Notes under the pieces: model-generated
The model's input: only the letters and a program-made list of their open reading frames with translations
Database searches by the model: none
What the model was told of the DNA's origin: nothing
Position numbers and translations under genes: made by a program
Part shown: piece after piece, positions 28,394-37,133 of the stretch
How positions within the stretch are numbered: position 1 is the first letter of the stretch
How the letters are laid out: each line of letters begins with the position of its first letter
DNA from: a virus
IMG/VR virus record: IMGVR_UViG_3300012995_000005
Span: 7,655-71,654 of that record
Reading direction: 5' to 3' (one strand)
DNA: 64,000 nt

Positions 28394-28412
28394 ACCGTAC
28401 CTGAACTGAGTT
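28394..28412 (-). promoter_or_regulatory. Late promoter variant (AACTCAGTT-N4-TACGGT)
   Basis: One mismatch to the shared motif; heads the PAAR/spanin operon. Confidence 0.55.
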
Positions 28413-28547
28413 TTCAATCTTTAGTGGAAGATTGGGTGATGTTTGGGCTAATGAATGGGCGGGCCTTTATGCTAGGTAAATTAGGCACGTACAATGGTAT
28501 CGCCGGCGGCATATGGCCGCCTTAATTGATGGGAAAAGGGAATTGGT

Positions 28548-28964
28548 TTGAAACTAAAACGGTTGCTGGTATCGGCATCGATCGCTTTGTTTACGCTTCC
28601 GGCTTTTGCTCACGAAAAAGCAATGTCGTACAAATGCGATCAGCTAAATATTCTGGTTTTCAAGCAGGTTGACGCAGAAGGCCGCAGGGTTGTAACTCTG
28701 AACGGGACAAGACAGGATAACGTTAAAACGTCGTTATCCACCCGTTCAGGAAAGAAGGTAAGCACTGTTTCGTTTACACAGCGCGCGGCGGCTGGTGGGT
28801 CTTATGGATTGTATAATCTGTATATCATTAGGGCTGAAGGTATTTACTTAACAGATGATTGGCTGGACGCTGATGATCGACCGAAGCGGAAAGCCAAGGT
28901 CTACCAGTGCGATTATAAGGGGGAGGTTGATACAGGGATGCCGGGCGGTCTTACAGCCGGATAA
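28548..28964 (+). CDS. Exported protein with a Sec signal peptide
   Basis: MKLKRLLVSASIALFTLPAFA-H; two Cys. Confidence 0.7.
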   Translation: MKLKRLLVSASIALFTLPAFAHEKAMSYKCDQLNILVFKQVDAEGRRVVTLNGTRQDNVKTSLSTRSGKKVSTVSFTQRAAAGGSYGLYNLYIIRAEGIYLTDDWLDADDRPKRKAKVYQCDYKGEVDTGMPGGLTAG

Positions 28965-29006
28965 GAACGCCGGAATGCCGACAAAATTGGTGCCCGTGCG
29001 GGGGGC

Positions 29007-30272
29007 TTATCGCACCTTAAATTTGGGCAAATCTGACCAGCGCGTTGTGTAGGCTGGCGATAACCATTGCCTCTTCATTTGGAAGCCTGTATTGATGCCT
29101 TGGCCTGCTAGAAATAACGTGCCTCGAGCATCTTTGTTCAGCCTATCCATAACGGCCATCAATTTTTCGCTGTTTGGCCGTGGGGGTGCCTCGTCAAATA
29201 ACGCGAGTTGTGCCTCCCGGCCGCTAAAATCCGCCAGCATGATACCCGCTTTGGCGTAACGTATCCCAGGGCGCCAGATTCGGAGTAAAGCGCGCTGAGC
29301 AGCCTCTACGATATCGCGAGTATCTTGCGTTGGTGTTATGCGCGTTTCGCAAAATTGATTACTGTACTGTGCATCATGCGAGAACGGGCTGGTGCGAATA
29401 AACACAGAGATTGCCTTGCAATACTGCTTCTCCTGCCTCAGCTTGCTGGCCGCTATTGAAGCGTGACCGCAGATAGCCTGCTGCATATCCACCAGCTCGG
29501 TCACCCGCCGGCTGAAAGATCTGGAGCTGATGATTTGTTGTTTGGTCGGGGGATGTTCCTCTAGCGATAAGCATGGTTCGCCACGCAACTCCCGAACGGT
29601 TCGCTCTAACACAACGCCAAAGTTTTTCCGAATGAACTTTGTATCGGCGAGGGCCAGATCAAGCGCCGTTTTGTAGCCCATCACGGTTAATTTTTTTGTT
29701 AGTTGTCGGCCGACGCCCCACACCTCACTAACTGGCAGCAAAGACAATAATTTATAACGGCGCGCGGCATCATCCAAAACAACCACGCCGCCGGTTTTAC
29801 TCCATGTTTTTGCAGCGTAATTTGCGATTTTAGCTAGCGTTTTTGAGGGGCCAAACCCCACACCTATCGTTAGTCCTGTAGCCCTATACACGGTGTCGCG
29901 CAGCTGGTGGCCGAACTCATCATAACTCATGGCCTTACCCATCCCTGCGCACTCAATGAATAGCTCATCAATACTGTATTGCTCCACGCGCGCGGAGAGG
30001 GATTCTACTGTTGCGACAAAACGCGCGGACATGTCCGCGTAAAGCGAATAATTTGAAGAAAACACAACAACTTCATGTTGTTTTATGAGGTGCTGAACTT
30101 TAAAAATCGGCTCCCCCATCTTCAAGCCTGCCTGTTTCGCGAGACGGTTTCTGGCGACGATATTTCCATCATTATTTGAGGTCACCACAACCGCTCGATT
30201 GTCGAGGTCAGGTCTGAAGATCTGCTCACATGAAGCGTACATAGAGTTTACGTCAGCGAGAGCGAACATCAT
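29007..30272 (-). CDS. umuC: Y-family DNA polymerase V subunit UmuC
   Basis: FALADVNSMYASCE, SNNDG, YSIDE, LSPAYTTRW. Confidence 0.95.
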   Translation of the reverse strand: MMFALADVNSMYASCEQIFRPDLDNRAVVVTSNNDGNIVARNRLAKQAGLKMGEPIFKVQHLIKQHEVVVFSSNYSLYADMSARFVATVESLSARVEQYSIDELFIECAGMGKAMSYDEFGHQLRDTVYRATGLTIGVGFGPSKTLAKIANYAAKTWSKTGGVVVLDDAARRYKLLSLLPVSEVWGVGRQLTKKLTVMGYKTALDLALADTKFIRKNFGVVLERTVRELRGEPCLSLEEHPPTKQQIISSRSFSRRVTELVDMQQAICGHASIAASKLRQEKQYCKAISVFIRTSPFSHDAQYSNQFCETRITPTQDTRDIVEAAQRALLRIWRPGIRYAKAGIMLADFSGREAQLALFDEAPPRPNSEKLMAVMDRLNKDARGTLFLAGQGINTGFQMKRQWLSPAYTTRWSDLPKFKVR

Positions 30273-30709
30273 CTCACTGCCTGGTGCAGCCAAAATGTGA
30301 CAACCCCCCACACCTCGAAGGTGTCAGGATCTGGATAAATTGGGCTGTACGCAGCATTCATTGGCATAAGGCAAAGGCGAGGGCGCGTATGGAGCATCTT
30401 CACTGTAAATTCACTGTCGACTTTGGCAATGATGATAGAACCATGCTTTGCGCGCAGATCTCGATCAACGATTAGCAAATCGCCATCATGTATACCAGCT
30501 TCGATCATCGAGTCACCTTCAGCCCAGCCAAAGAACGTTGAGTGTTTTTTGGCGATGCAATACTCGTTGAGATCCAGGGTCGCGTCTTCGTACCCTTGCG
30601 CTGGCGATGGGAAGCCAGCAGGTATGCGTTCAGCGAAAAGCGGCGTTTGTAATTGTGGTGCGCTGGTGTCTGGGCGCAGGAGATAGCGGGGCGGGTCTAT
30701 TAGTTTCAT
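30269..30709 (-). CDS. umuD: UmuD (S24 autopeptidase)
   Basis: IPAGFPSPA, GDSM, FTVK motifs; start at MKLIDPP. Confidence 0.92.
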   Translation of the reverse strand: MKLIDPPRYLLRPDTSAPQLQTPLFAERIPAGFPSPAQGYEDATLDLNEYCIAKKHSTFFGWAEGDSMIEAGIHDGDLLIVDRDLRAKHGSIIIAKVDSEFTVKMLHTRPRLCLMPMNAAYSPIYPDPDTFEVWGVVTFWLHQAVR

Positions 30710-30725
30710 GATTGCTTCCGTGGTG

Positions 30726-30741
30726 CTGTATGCATATACAG
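30726..30741. promoter_or_regulatory. LexA (SOS) box
   Basis: CTGTATGCATATACAG upstream of umuD. Confidence 0.9.
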
Positions 30742-30786
30742 TATATATTGCCGAAAGCAGATTATACAAATGCTGCGGATAGAGAC

Positions 30787-30814
30787 AAAAAAGGCCTTCA
30801 GTAATGAAGGCCTT
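30787..30814 (-). terminator. Intrinsic terminator after the HigA-like gene
   Basis: AAGGCCTTCA-ttac-TGAAGGCCTT followed by a U-run. Confidence 0.75.
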
Positions 30815-30823
30815 AGCTGATGC

Positions 30824-31201
30824 TTAGCGGAGTTGAGAAGGCTTGCAGCTGTAGATCTTTGCCAGTTTGCCTAGAGTTGCGGCCTGTGGGCGTTTAGAGC
30901 CTTCCAGCTGTGAGACTGAAGCCTGGGAAACGCCCAGTTTCGCCGCAACATCGGCTTGGGATAAGTTGCGATAGATGCGCCATGCGGCCAGCAGGCTCAC
31001 GTTTTCTTTCACCTTGATGCTGACGACAGCATGAGGGATAACTACGGAATCGTCATCTGCATCTGTTGAAGGAGAGTATGGGACGTCTTCATACGCATCA
31101 TCATCACTGTCGGCCGCAGCAAGCAGGCGATTGTAGTCGTCGATCGGTACAACGGCGTAAGCAACGTTATTGTTACCATCTTTGATAAATTGAACGGACA
31201 T
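30824..31201 (-). CDS. HigA-like antitoxin (C-terminal XRE HTH)
   Basis: AYAVVPIDDY N-terminus; WRIYRNLSQADVAAKLGVSQASVSQLE HTH. Confidence 0.85.
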   Translation of the reverse strand: MSVQFIKDGNNNVAYAVVPIDDYNRLLAAADSDDDAYEDVPYSPSTDADDDSVVIPHAVVSIKVKENVSLLAAWRIYRNLSQADVAAKLGVSQASVSQLEGSKRPQAATLGKLAKIYSCKPSQLR

Positions 31202-31315
31202 AACGCAAATTCCTCGACAAGTAGGTTATTCCATAGATATAAATTAATAAATCATACTTCATACTTGTTGTGTGTGAAGTTTTACGGTGTTGAGGGGGGT
31301 ATCCCCCCCTCTCAC

Positions 31316-31576
31316 TTAGCTGTATGTGGTACTTGTCCGGCGCTTCACAGTCATTATCTTTATGACCGTTGGCACCCCGTCGATAACTTGAAACAACACC
31401 CGGTAATCACCAACCCGCATCCTGTATTCGTTGTCACCGTCTTTCATCTTCTTTATGTCGAGGTTTACGCTGGGAAAACCTGCTAACTGATCGACCTTAT
31501 CGAAGATTTTCCGTCTATACCGCACATCGATGCTATCCAACTGCTTCTCAGCGCGGCGTGACCAAACAATTTCCAT
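31316..31576 (-). CDS. RelE/HigB-family ribonuclease toxin
   Basis: YRMRVGDYRVLF motif; toxin-first order. Confidence 0.9.
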   Translation of the reverse strand: MEIVWSRRAEKQLDSIDVRYRRKIFDKVDQLAGFPSVNLDIKKMKDGDNEYRMRVGDYRVLFQVIDGVPTVIKIMTVKRRTSTTYS

Positions 31577-31768
31577 ACGCCTTTCCCGTTTCTAAAGAGC
31601 ATCGCATTGCGATATGTGACTAATATAAGGTTTTATATAAGGTAATGCAAGCGTTATCTTATTGTTGTCTTATATAAAGCTTATATCCAGACAGGGTGGA
31701 TTGGTTGCCCTAAGAATGAAGATAGCGACAGAACACCCATAAATGTGGGTGTTCTGTGGATGAAAGGG

Positions 31769-32008
31769 TTATTGCTGCGGCCGCCGACCAATCTCATGCC
31801 AAAAATATGATGAACTGCTAATAGTGCCCTGACAGTGTTGGCACCGGTACTTTTTCCTTTCCGACTCATTGGTTGCCGGCTCTTCACGGAACTCATGGTA
31901 TAGGCATGAGTTGAGGCGATCCTGGTTAGCTTTCACCTCAGTGGCGATTTTTCGCATCTCAGAGCCAGATAGGCCAACTGCTTTACCAATAATGTCCAGT
32001 CCGTTCAT
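31769..32008 (-). CDS. Hypothetical protein with Cys/His motifs
   Basis: 79 aa ORF in the rdgC-dam operon. Confidence 0.6.
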   Translation of the reverse strand: MNGLDIIGKAVGLSGSEMRKIATEVKANQDRLNSCLYHEFREEPATNESERKKYRCQHCQGTISSSSYFWHEIGRRPQQ

Positions 32009-32133
32009 GATTCTTCTCCATACGGCTTTGTTGGGGGCATTTGAGTGACATAGGTTGCCAAAACGAAACCGGGGGCGAGCGTGAGGCCCATAATCGATAT
32101 GCAGGTAAGATAGAAAGTAATATCACTGAACAT
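32005..32133 (-). CDS. Unlisted 42-aa membrane peptide MFSDITFYLTCISIMGLTLAPGFVLATYV...
   Basis: AAGGA RBS; ATGA coupling to the next gene. Confidence 0.5.
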   Translation of the reverse strand: MFSDITFYLTCISIMGLTLAPGFVLATYVTQMPPTKPYGEES

Positions 32134-32146
32134 GCCAGATCCTTTG

Positions 32147-33019
32147 TCAAAATGCAGCGAGAATGTCGTTAGCGTTATGCCTCGTGCCCCCCTTACAGCT
32201 CAGAGTACGAGGCGCATCCAGCTGGTGGATGGTCATGCCATGTTTGACGTAAAGCTCTACGACATTCGGTGCCCGACTGTTAGTAATAATTACGTCAGCC
32301 CCGCGCTGATAGGCTGCTGAGAGGTGATCCATCAGGGCCTCTTGGTCAGAGAATCTGAAACCGCCCGAGGAGTAAGTTGTGAATCCCTCCTTGCCGGGGA
32401 GAGGTTCATAAGGTGGATCGCAAAAGACCACATCGCCGGCGCCGGCCTCGGCTATTGTTTCTTGGAAGTGCTGGTGCGTGAATATGCAGCGCGCGGCAAC
32501 GGAGTGGCATTCCTTGATCTCGTTAACCGGCAGATATGGAGCTTTGTACTTGCCATAACTCGTATTGATTGCACCTGCGAGGTTGTAACGCATCAGGCCA
32601 TTAAAACAATGGCGATTAATGAATACAAAGCAAGCTGCGCGGGCCACCAGCGGCATGTTGTGCTTTTCCAAATTGAACTGCTTGCGAACTCCAGCATAAC
32701 CGTCAGCGGTGTTTTTGGTGTCGAATAGCTCCACGAGCGCCGCAATTAACGCATCTGGAGAAGACTGGATTACTTGATAGGTTACGATTAGGTCATTGTT
32801 TATGTCGCCGCAAAGATATTCAGGGAACTTGAAGTTCATAAACAACGATCCACCACCAACGAACGGTTCTATCAGGCGTTTCCCGGCGGGCAGGTGTTGG
32901 GCGATGGTTGTCAATACTGAACCCTTGCCACCAGCCCATTTAAACACGGAGCGTATAGGCTTCTCGCGAAGTTTAGCGCGCGCAGGCGAGATAACGTCTG
33001 GGGTGCTGGCTACTTCCAT
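32147..33019 (-). CDS. dam: Dam-family adenine methyltransferase
   Basis: KWAGGK, EPFVGGG, DPPY. Confidence 0.93.
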   Translation of the reverse strand: MEVASTPDVISPARAKLREKPIRSVFKWAGGKGSVLTTIAQHLPAGKRLIEPFVGGGSLFMNFKFPEYLCGDINNDLIVTYQVIQSSPDALIAALVELFDTKNTADGYAGVRKQFNLEKHNMPLVARAACFVFINRHCFNGLMRYNLAGAINTSYGKYKAPYLPVNEIKECHSVAARCIFTHQHFQETIAEAGAGDVVFCDPPYEPLPGKEGFTTYSSGGFRFSDQEALMDHLSAAYQRGADVIITNSRAPNVVELYVKHGMTIHQLDAPRTLSCKGGTRHNANDILAAF

Positions 33020-33939
33020 TCTGATTCGCCCCCAAACGCCACCAGGGTGTCGTTAATGACCTCTGAGACTGTCTCAGCCATAAGCAGGAAGTCAGCGCGT
33101 TTGCGAACGTCGGAGCCGTTCTCGTCTTCTTCCTGCATGTCATCGTTTGTTTCAAGGAATAGATCGGAGAACTTCAGACGCTTAAATGAGCAGTCATCGG
33201 TCATCATAAAGTCAACGTGGAACTTAGTGGCGTGGAACATACTAAGATTGGTTACAAGCTTCCCACTCGAAACGGTGGACTCGATGGTGTCACTACCCAA
33301 TGGCTCATTTCGAAAAGAAGTAGTACCGCCTTCAGAGAGGATGCTAACCATTCGGGCATCGCATTCTACGTGCATGTGAAGTGGGGCCGGTGCTTCGCCA
33401 GCTTTCATCCATTCGGTCATTACCAGCTCGATCGGTTCTTTTGTTGTGACCGGAACAACTGGCAAAGAGCCTAGAGTTTTCCGCAATAGTGCGAGTACGT
33501 CTTCAGCACGTTTGGCGTTAGTGGTGTCAACGATGATTCGACCTTTGTCCTGGTCGATCCAAAGCTGGGTTTCTGTCGTCCGGGTGAAGGCTCGGGGAAG
33601 TAGATTTTGGAGCACTTCATCTTTGATAGTCGCGCGTTCTGCGTGCTTCAGTCGGCGGTGTTGTTCATTCTCAAGCTGTTTAACCCTGTCATTTACCTCT
33701 GATTTGAGGAAGTCTGGAGGGATGACCTTTTTCTCGGTCTGCATGGTGATCAGGATGTGGTTTTTCACCTGAAGAACGAATTGTTCTTTGCCATCGAGAG
33801 CCTTCCATCCGCTACGACTCATGTCATGTGAGCCACAAGGTTTGAATGCAAAAGCTTTCAGCTGCTCATTGAGATTTTCTGGAGCGATCTCGCCAGAACG
33901 ATGAAGGTACACCACCGCATTTTTGAACAGGGTAAACAA
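33010..33939 (-). CDS. rdgC: RdgC recombination-associated protein (P1 hrdC-like)
   Basis: FKNAVVY, PCGSHDMSRSGW, LLPRAF, RKTLGSLPVVP, ADFLLM. Confidence 0.92.
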   Translation of the reverse strand: MFTLFKNAVVYLHRSGEIAPENLNEQLKAFAFKPCGSHDMSRSGWKALDGKEQFVLQVKNHILITMQTEKKVIPPDFLKSEVNDRVKQLENEQHRRLKHAERATIKDEVLQNLLPRAFTRTTETQLWIDQDKGRIIVDTTNAKRAEDVLALLRKTLGSLPVVPVTTKEPIELVMTEWMKAGEAPAPLHMHVECDARMVSILSEGGTTSFRNEPLGSDTIESTVSSGKLVTNLSMFHATKFHVDFMMTDDCSFKRLKFSDLFLETNDDMQEEDENGSDVRKRADFLLMAETVSEVINDTLVAFGGESEWK

Positions 33940-33953
33940 ACGGTTCTCCTTGG

Positions 33954-33987
33954 TGTTTTGTAAAACTAATAATTAATTAGTTTAACA
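33954..33987. promoter_or_regulatory. Bivalent C1-type operator upstream of rdgC-dam
   Basis: TGTTTTGTAAAACTAAT-aatta-ATTAGTTTAACA. Confidence 0.75.
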
Positions 33988-34185
33988 GGTTTGAGGTGTA
34001 TTCACGTCAACTTTTATGTGAGCGCTGCTGGAGAGGAGCCGGGAAAATTTAGATAGCCATATCGGGAGGTAAGGAAACTGCCACTATTTGCTGTGGCATA
34101 TCCGATCGCTATTTAGGGGGGGCGTCTTTGTAGATGTAGATTTGTGCTCGTTTGTAACTGACCTCAGCCTGTAGTCATAATGTCG

Positions 34186-34500
34186 TCAATTCTTTGATTG
34201 AGCGTTTTCGGCAAGAAATTTGATTTTATTAAGGAAACCGACAGTTGTTTCACCCCATAGTTCGGGCGCAACATCATTACCCCAGCGGGACATGAATTCA
34301 TCATCAAGTGTGTCAGGGTATGCAGCTTCAAATTCAGCCACATCTGCTATCAGCGTCTTGATCTGTGTTGGTGGGTTGTCCCGAAGATAGAAGCCCATGA
34401 CTCCTGCAAGTGTCGTTGCTCCAGTTATTTCGTAGCTATCCTGACCGAAGTAAATTTGTATCAGATGTTCTAGAGCGGAAAAATTACCCATAATTTTCAT
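34186..34500 (-). CDS. CdiI-type immunity protein
   Basis: LIQIYFGQD signature; immediately downstream of the toxin. Confidence 0.8.
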   Translation of the reverse strand: MKIMGNFSALEHLIQIYFGQDSYEITGATTLAGVMGFYLRDNPPTQIKTLIADVAEFEAAYPDTLDDEFMSRWGNDVAPELWGETTVGFLNKIKFLAENAQSKN

Positions 34501-34509
34501 GGTATTATC

Positions 34510-35340
34510 TCAGGTGGTGGGATAGGCAGTGAGAATGTAATATGGTTTACCGTGGAAGACTTCAAAGCGTATTACTACCCTGAGGTTGGATAATTTGGTC
34601 GTAGTCTGCTCGCCACGCAGTAAGCCATATCCAATGACTCGTCCGGCTGAATAGTTCGCGACGAGTGGTGACGCAGGGCGCGTTGAACTTCCTGCCCAAA
34701 CTTTTATCCATTCCTGGTTATGTTTCACCGCTTCAGAGATAGCCTCTTCGGCAATACGCATGTTTGTGAATGACGTTGCTGCCCGCATTGTAGGGTTTTT
34801 AGCAAGTCGTTGAGCCAATTCATCCTGCGACTTGGCTACATGCTGTGCAATCGTATGACCACCAGGCTTAATGCCGGTCATCGATTCATGCTCAATCAAT
34901 CTCACTCTCCCCACTCTAACTGAAGCAACACGAGCAGCCCCTATCGCGACAGCAAACACTAGGGGAACCGCTATATCCACGGTTAGGCCTACGTTGTAGG
35001 CTGTCTCTTCATCGGCTCCCAGCGAGCGGGCCAGTGAAACAGCAGATTGGTATGTGTCAGTTGTTGTGGGTTGGCCTGTGATAATCTGATTAGAAGCGGC
35101 CTTTATGCTATCAAGACTGTGCGTACCGACAATGACGCAACCGACTTTGGTTAAAAATGTTGGATCAGGCGCATAACACATCACGCCAGCGCCCATTAGT
35201 TCGACAACACCACCAGCCAAGCCCAATCCACCAAACAGGCGATTACTGAGAGTTTCACCCTCAGTGACGCTCTTGTTTGACATTACCGCCGCCAGTTGCA
35301 CGGGAGAGAAAGCAACCTTTAATCCTTCTTCTATAGCCAT
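34510..35340 (-). CDS. Polymorphic toxin with a C-terminal bacterial RNase-A-like domain
   Basis: HE...GGHTIAQHV.KS..EL..RL and ILTAYP motifs; hydrophobic ~140-aa N-terminal domain. Confidence 0.8.
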   Translation of the reverse strand: MAIEEGLKVAFSPVQLAAVMSNKSVTEGETLSNRLFGGLGLAGGVVELMGAGVMCYAPDPTFLTKVGCVIVGTHSLDSIKAASNQIITGQPTTTDTYQSAVSLARSLGADEETAYNVGLTVDIAVPLVFAVAIGAARVASVRVGRVRLIEHESMTGIKPGGHTIAQHVAKSQDELAQRLAKNPTMRAATSFTNMRIAEEAISEAVKHNQEWIKVWAGSSTRPASPLVANYSAGRVIGYGLLRGEQTTTKLSNLRVVIRFEVFHGKPYYILTAYPTT

Positions 35341-35515
35341 AACAATTCCATTCGCTAGGTCGATTTTATGATTCTATAGTGTACATAAATAACACAACAA
35401 TAATTCTCTGGTAAGCAGGAAATCGAATGGCATCGCTCGTGGCAGCTCTACCTAAAGCGAAGAACTTATCCCCAATTTCTGTGGATAACCGCCGGTAGCC
35501 GGCGGCTATTCTAGG

Positions 35516-36151
35516 TTATGCTTTGTCAAAGGAGAATTGTGCACCTGTGAAGCTCATTTTACCACCAGCAGTAAAAGCCATATTGCCAGCTGCTTTCACG
35601 TCCAGATCACTACCGGCAACCACAGTGGCCTTGCCTCCTGTATGGATGAACGTATCACCGGCACTGATCACGTAGATCTGACCGGCCTCATTCATGCCTA
35701 TGGTCGTACCATCTCCAGTGCGTGTAATGGCATAACCGCCACCAGCCGAGCGCACTTCAAGTAGTCCGTTGCGCTTCAGCACACTGTCAGTGGTAGGATT
35801 CAGCTTTGGTGCTGGTGGTGCCCCTTCGACCTCTGGTGGCGTATATTGCCCACCTTGACCCGATGCTTCAGGTGGCACATTGGGGACACCACCAGGCCAA
35901 TCTTGAGCGGCGCCTACGATAATCGGCCGGCGACTGTCACCGTCATACGGAAACTCAACCCATACTTGATCGCCGGCAATGGTCGGAACGAAACCACCCC
36001 CTATGGGCAACAGGTATTCAGCCCACGGCAGTGTCGCGTCTGGCATTTCATCCCATTCATGCATCAGGCGGATCTGCGCCTTCATCATGCCGCCCTGGTG
36101 CACGGTATTGACGACTTTAGCGCGGCGTTTACCAACGATTTTGTTAGGCAC
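35516..36151 (-). CDS. Baseplate spike protein (P1 gp5; gpV/gp5 OB-fold)
   Basis: WVEFPYDGDSR and PNVPPEASGQG; beta-helix C-terminus. Confidence 0.85.
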   Translation of the reverse strand: MPNKIVGKRRAKVVNTVHQGGMMKAQIRLMHEWDEMPDATLPWAEYLLPIGGGFVPTIAGDQVWVEFPYDGDSRRPIIVGAAQDWPGGVPNVPPEASGQGGQYTPPEVEGAPPAPKLNPTTDSVLKRNGLLEVRSAGGGYAITRTGDGTTIGMNEAGQIYVISAGDTFIHTGGKATVVAGSDLDVKAAGNMAFTAGGKMSFTGAQFSFDKA

Positions 36152-37133
36152 TTTTCACCACCCCTAGGATCATCCTACACACGTAGGAGCGACGATCTTC
36201 ATAATGTGTCACCCCCATGATAACCATGCTGCTTTCAACTGATTCATCGAGTGAGCTATCAGTGTCATAGCGCTGAATAAGCACGGTAATCTGTTGGCCT
36301 ACAGCTAAGCTTGCATTGCCTTCACATTCAACATCGAGCTTTGGGATAATTGTCAGAGACAAATTCATCAATACTTCGCGGTTCGCGTCTGAGAGCATCT
36401 TGATCGGGTACTCTTTTTTCCCAATCGAGATATACCCCTCAGTTTCGTTGTATGCCGAGAATCGATACCGAACTTTGTCCAGATAGGCCTCCTCCTGGGT
36501 AAGATGCCGTGCTTTGGTGAAAAGATTCTGCGCAGAAGGGTTGTTGGTTTCGTACTTGGCTATTGGCTTCAGCTTTTGAAGCGCCGTTAATGTCCTAACG
36601 TGAAGAGAACCGCGAGCTATCCAGGCGCGGGCACCGTGGTCACGGGCTATTTTATTGATCAGTGCCGCTGGCTTATCACCTGGCCCAAGGTGGTACGTAG
36701 TGACCCGGTTGAAAGGGTCGCTGACCAAACCCAATTTCCCACCAGTACCAGATAGAGCACTCAGCATATCTTTAGGGTTTTGGTCGACAAAGAACCTGGG
36801 TAATGCCGTTTTCTGGTGGAGTTGGTGCAGAGCTTTCGGAACCGCCACTATGCGTACCGTGTCGTTTGCATAGGGGCATGAGACGATCGTCATGTCATCG
36901 CTCCAGCTTGTACCCCCATCGCTATCACCCATGACCGCCACCAGCCGAGATCCCTCTCTCATATTTCTTTCATTCATCAGCTGATTGTTAACATCACGAA
37001 CATGCAATTCGAGAGCTGGCGCCTGAATGTTCATGTGCTCTATATACGCCGAAGTTGTGACCATTTCTCGCGGCACTTCCACGCCATCAATGACGACGGA
37101 TTGGAGGAAAAACTGATTAAGCTGGCCGGCCAT
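36144..37133 (-). CDS. Baseplate hub protein (P1 gp6-like)
   Basis: FLQSV...EVPREM, TTYHL, VTHYEDR. Confidence 0.8.
   Translation of the reverse strand: MAGQLNQFFLQSVVIDGVEVPREMVTTSAYIEHMNIQAPALELHVRDVNNQLMNERNMREGSRLVAVMGDSDGGTSWSDDMTIVSCPYANDTVRIVAVPKALHQLHQKTALPRFFVDQNPKDMLSALSGTGGKLGLVSDPFNRVTTYHLGPGDKPAALINKIARDHGARAWIARGSLHVRTLTALQKLKPIAKYETNNPSAQNLFTKARHLTQEEAYLDKVRYRFSAYNETEGYISIGKKEYPIKMLSDANREVLMNLSLTIIPKLDVECEGNASLAVGQQITVLIQRYDTDSSLDESVESSMVIMGVTHYEDRRSYVCRMILGVVKSA

Noticed and set aside
31670-31683. TTATATAAAGCTTA as a second lox/rox site
   Set aside because: Only one half-site with an insertion and no partner arm; more likely an antitoxin operator in the TA promoter
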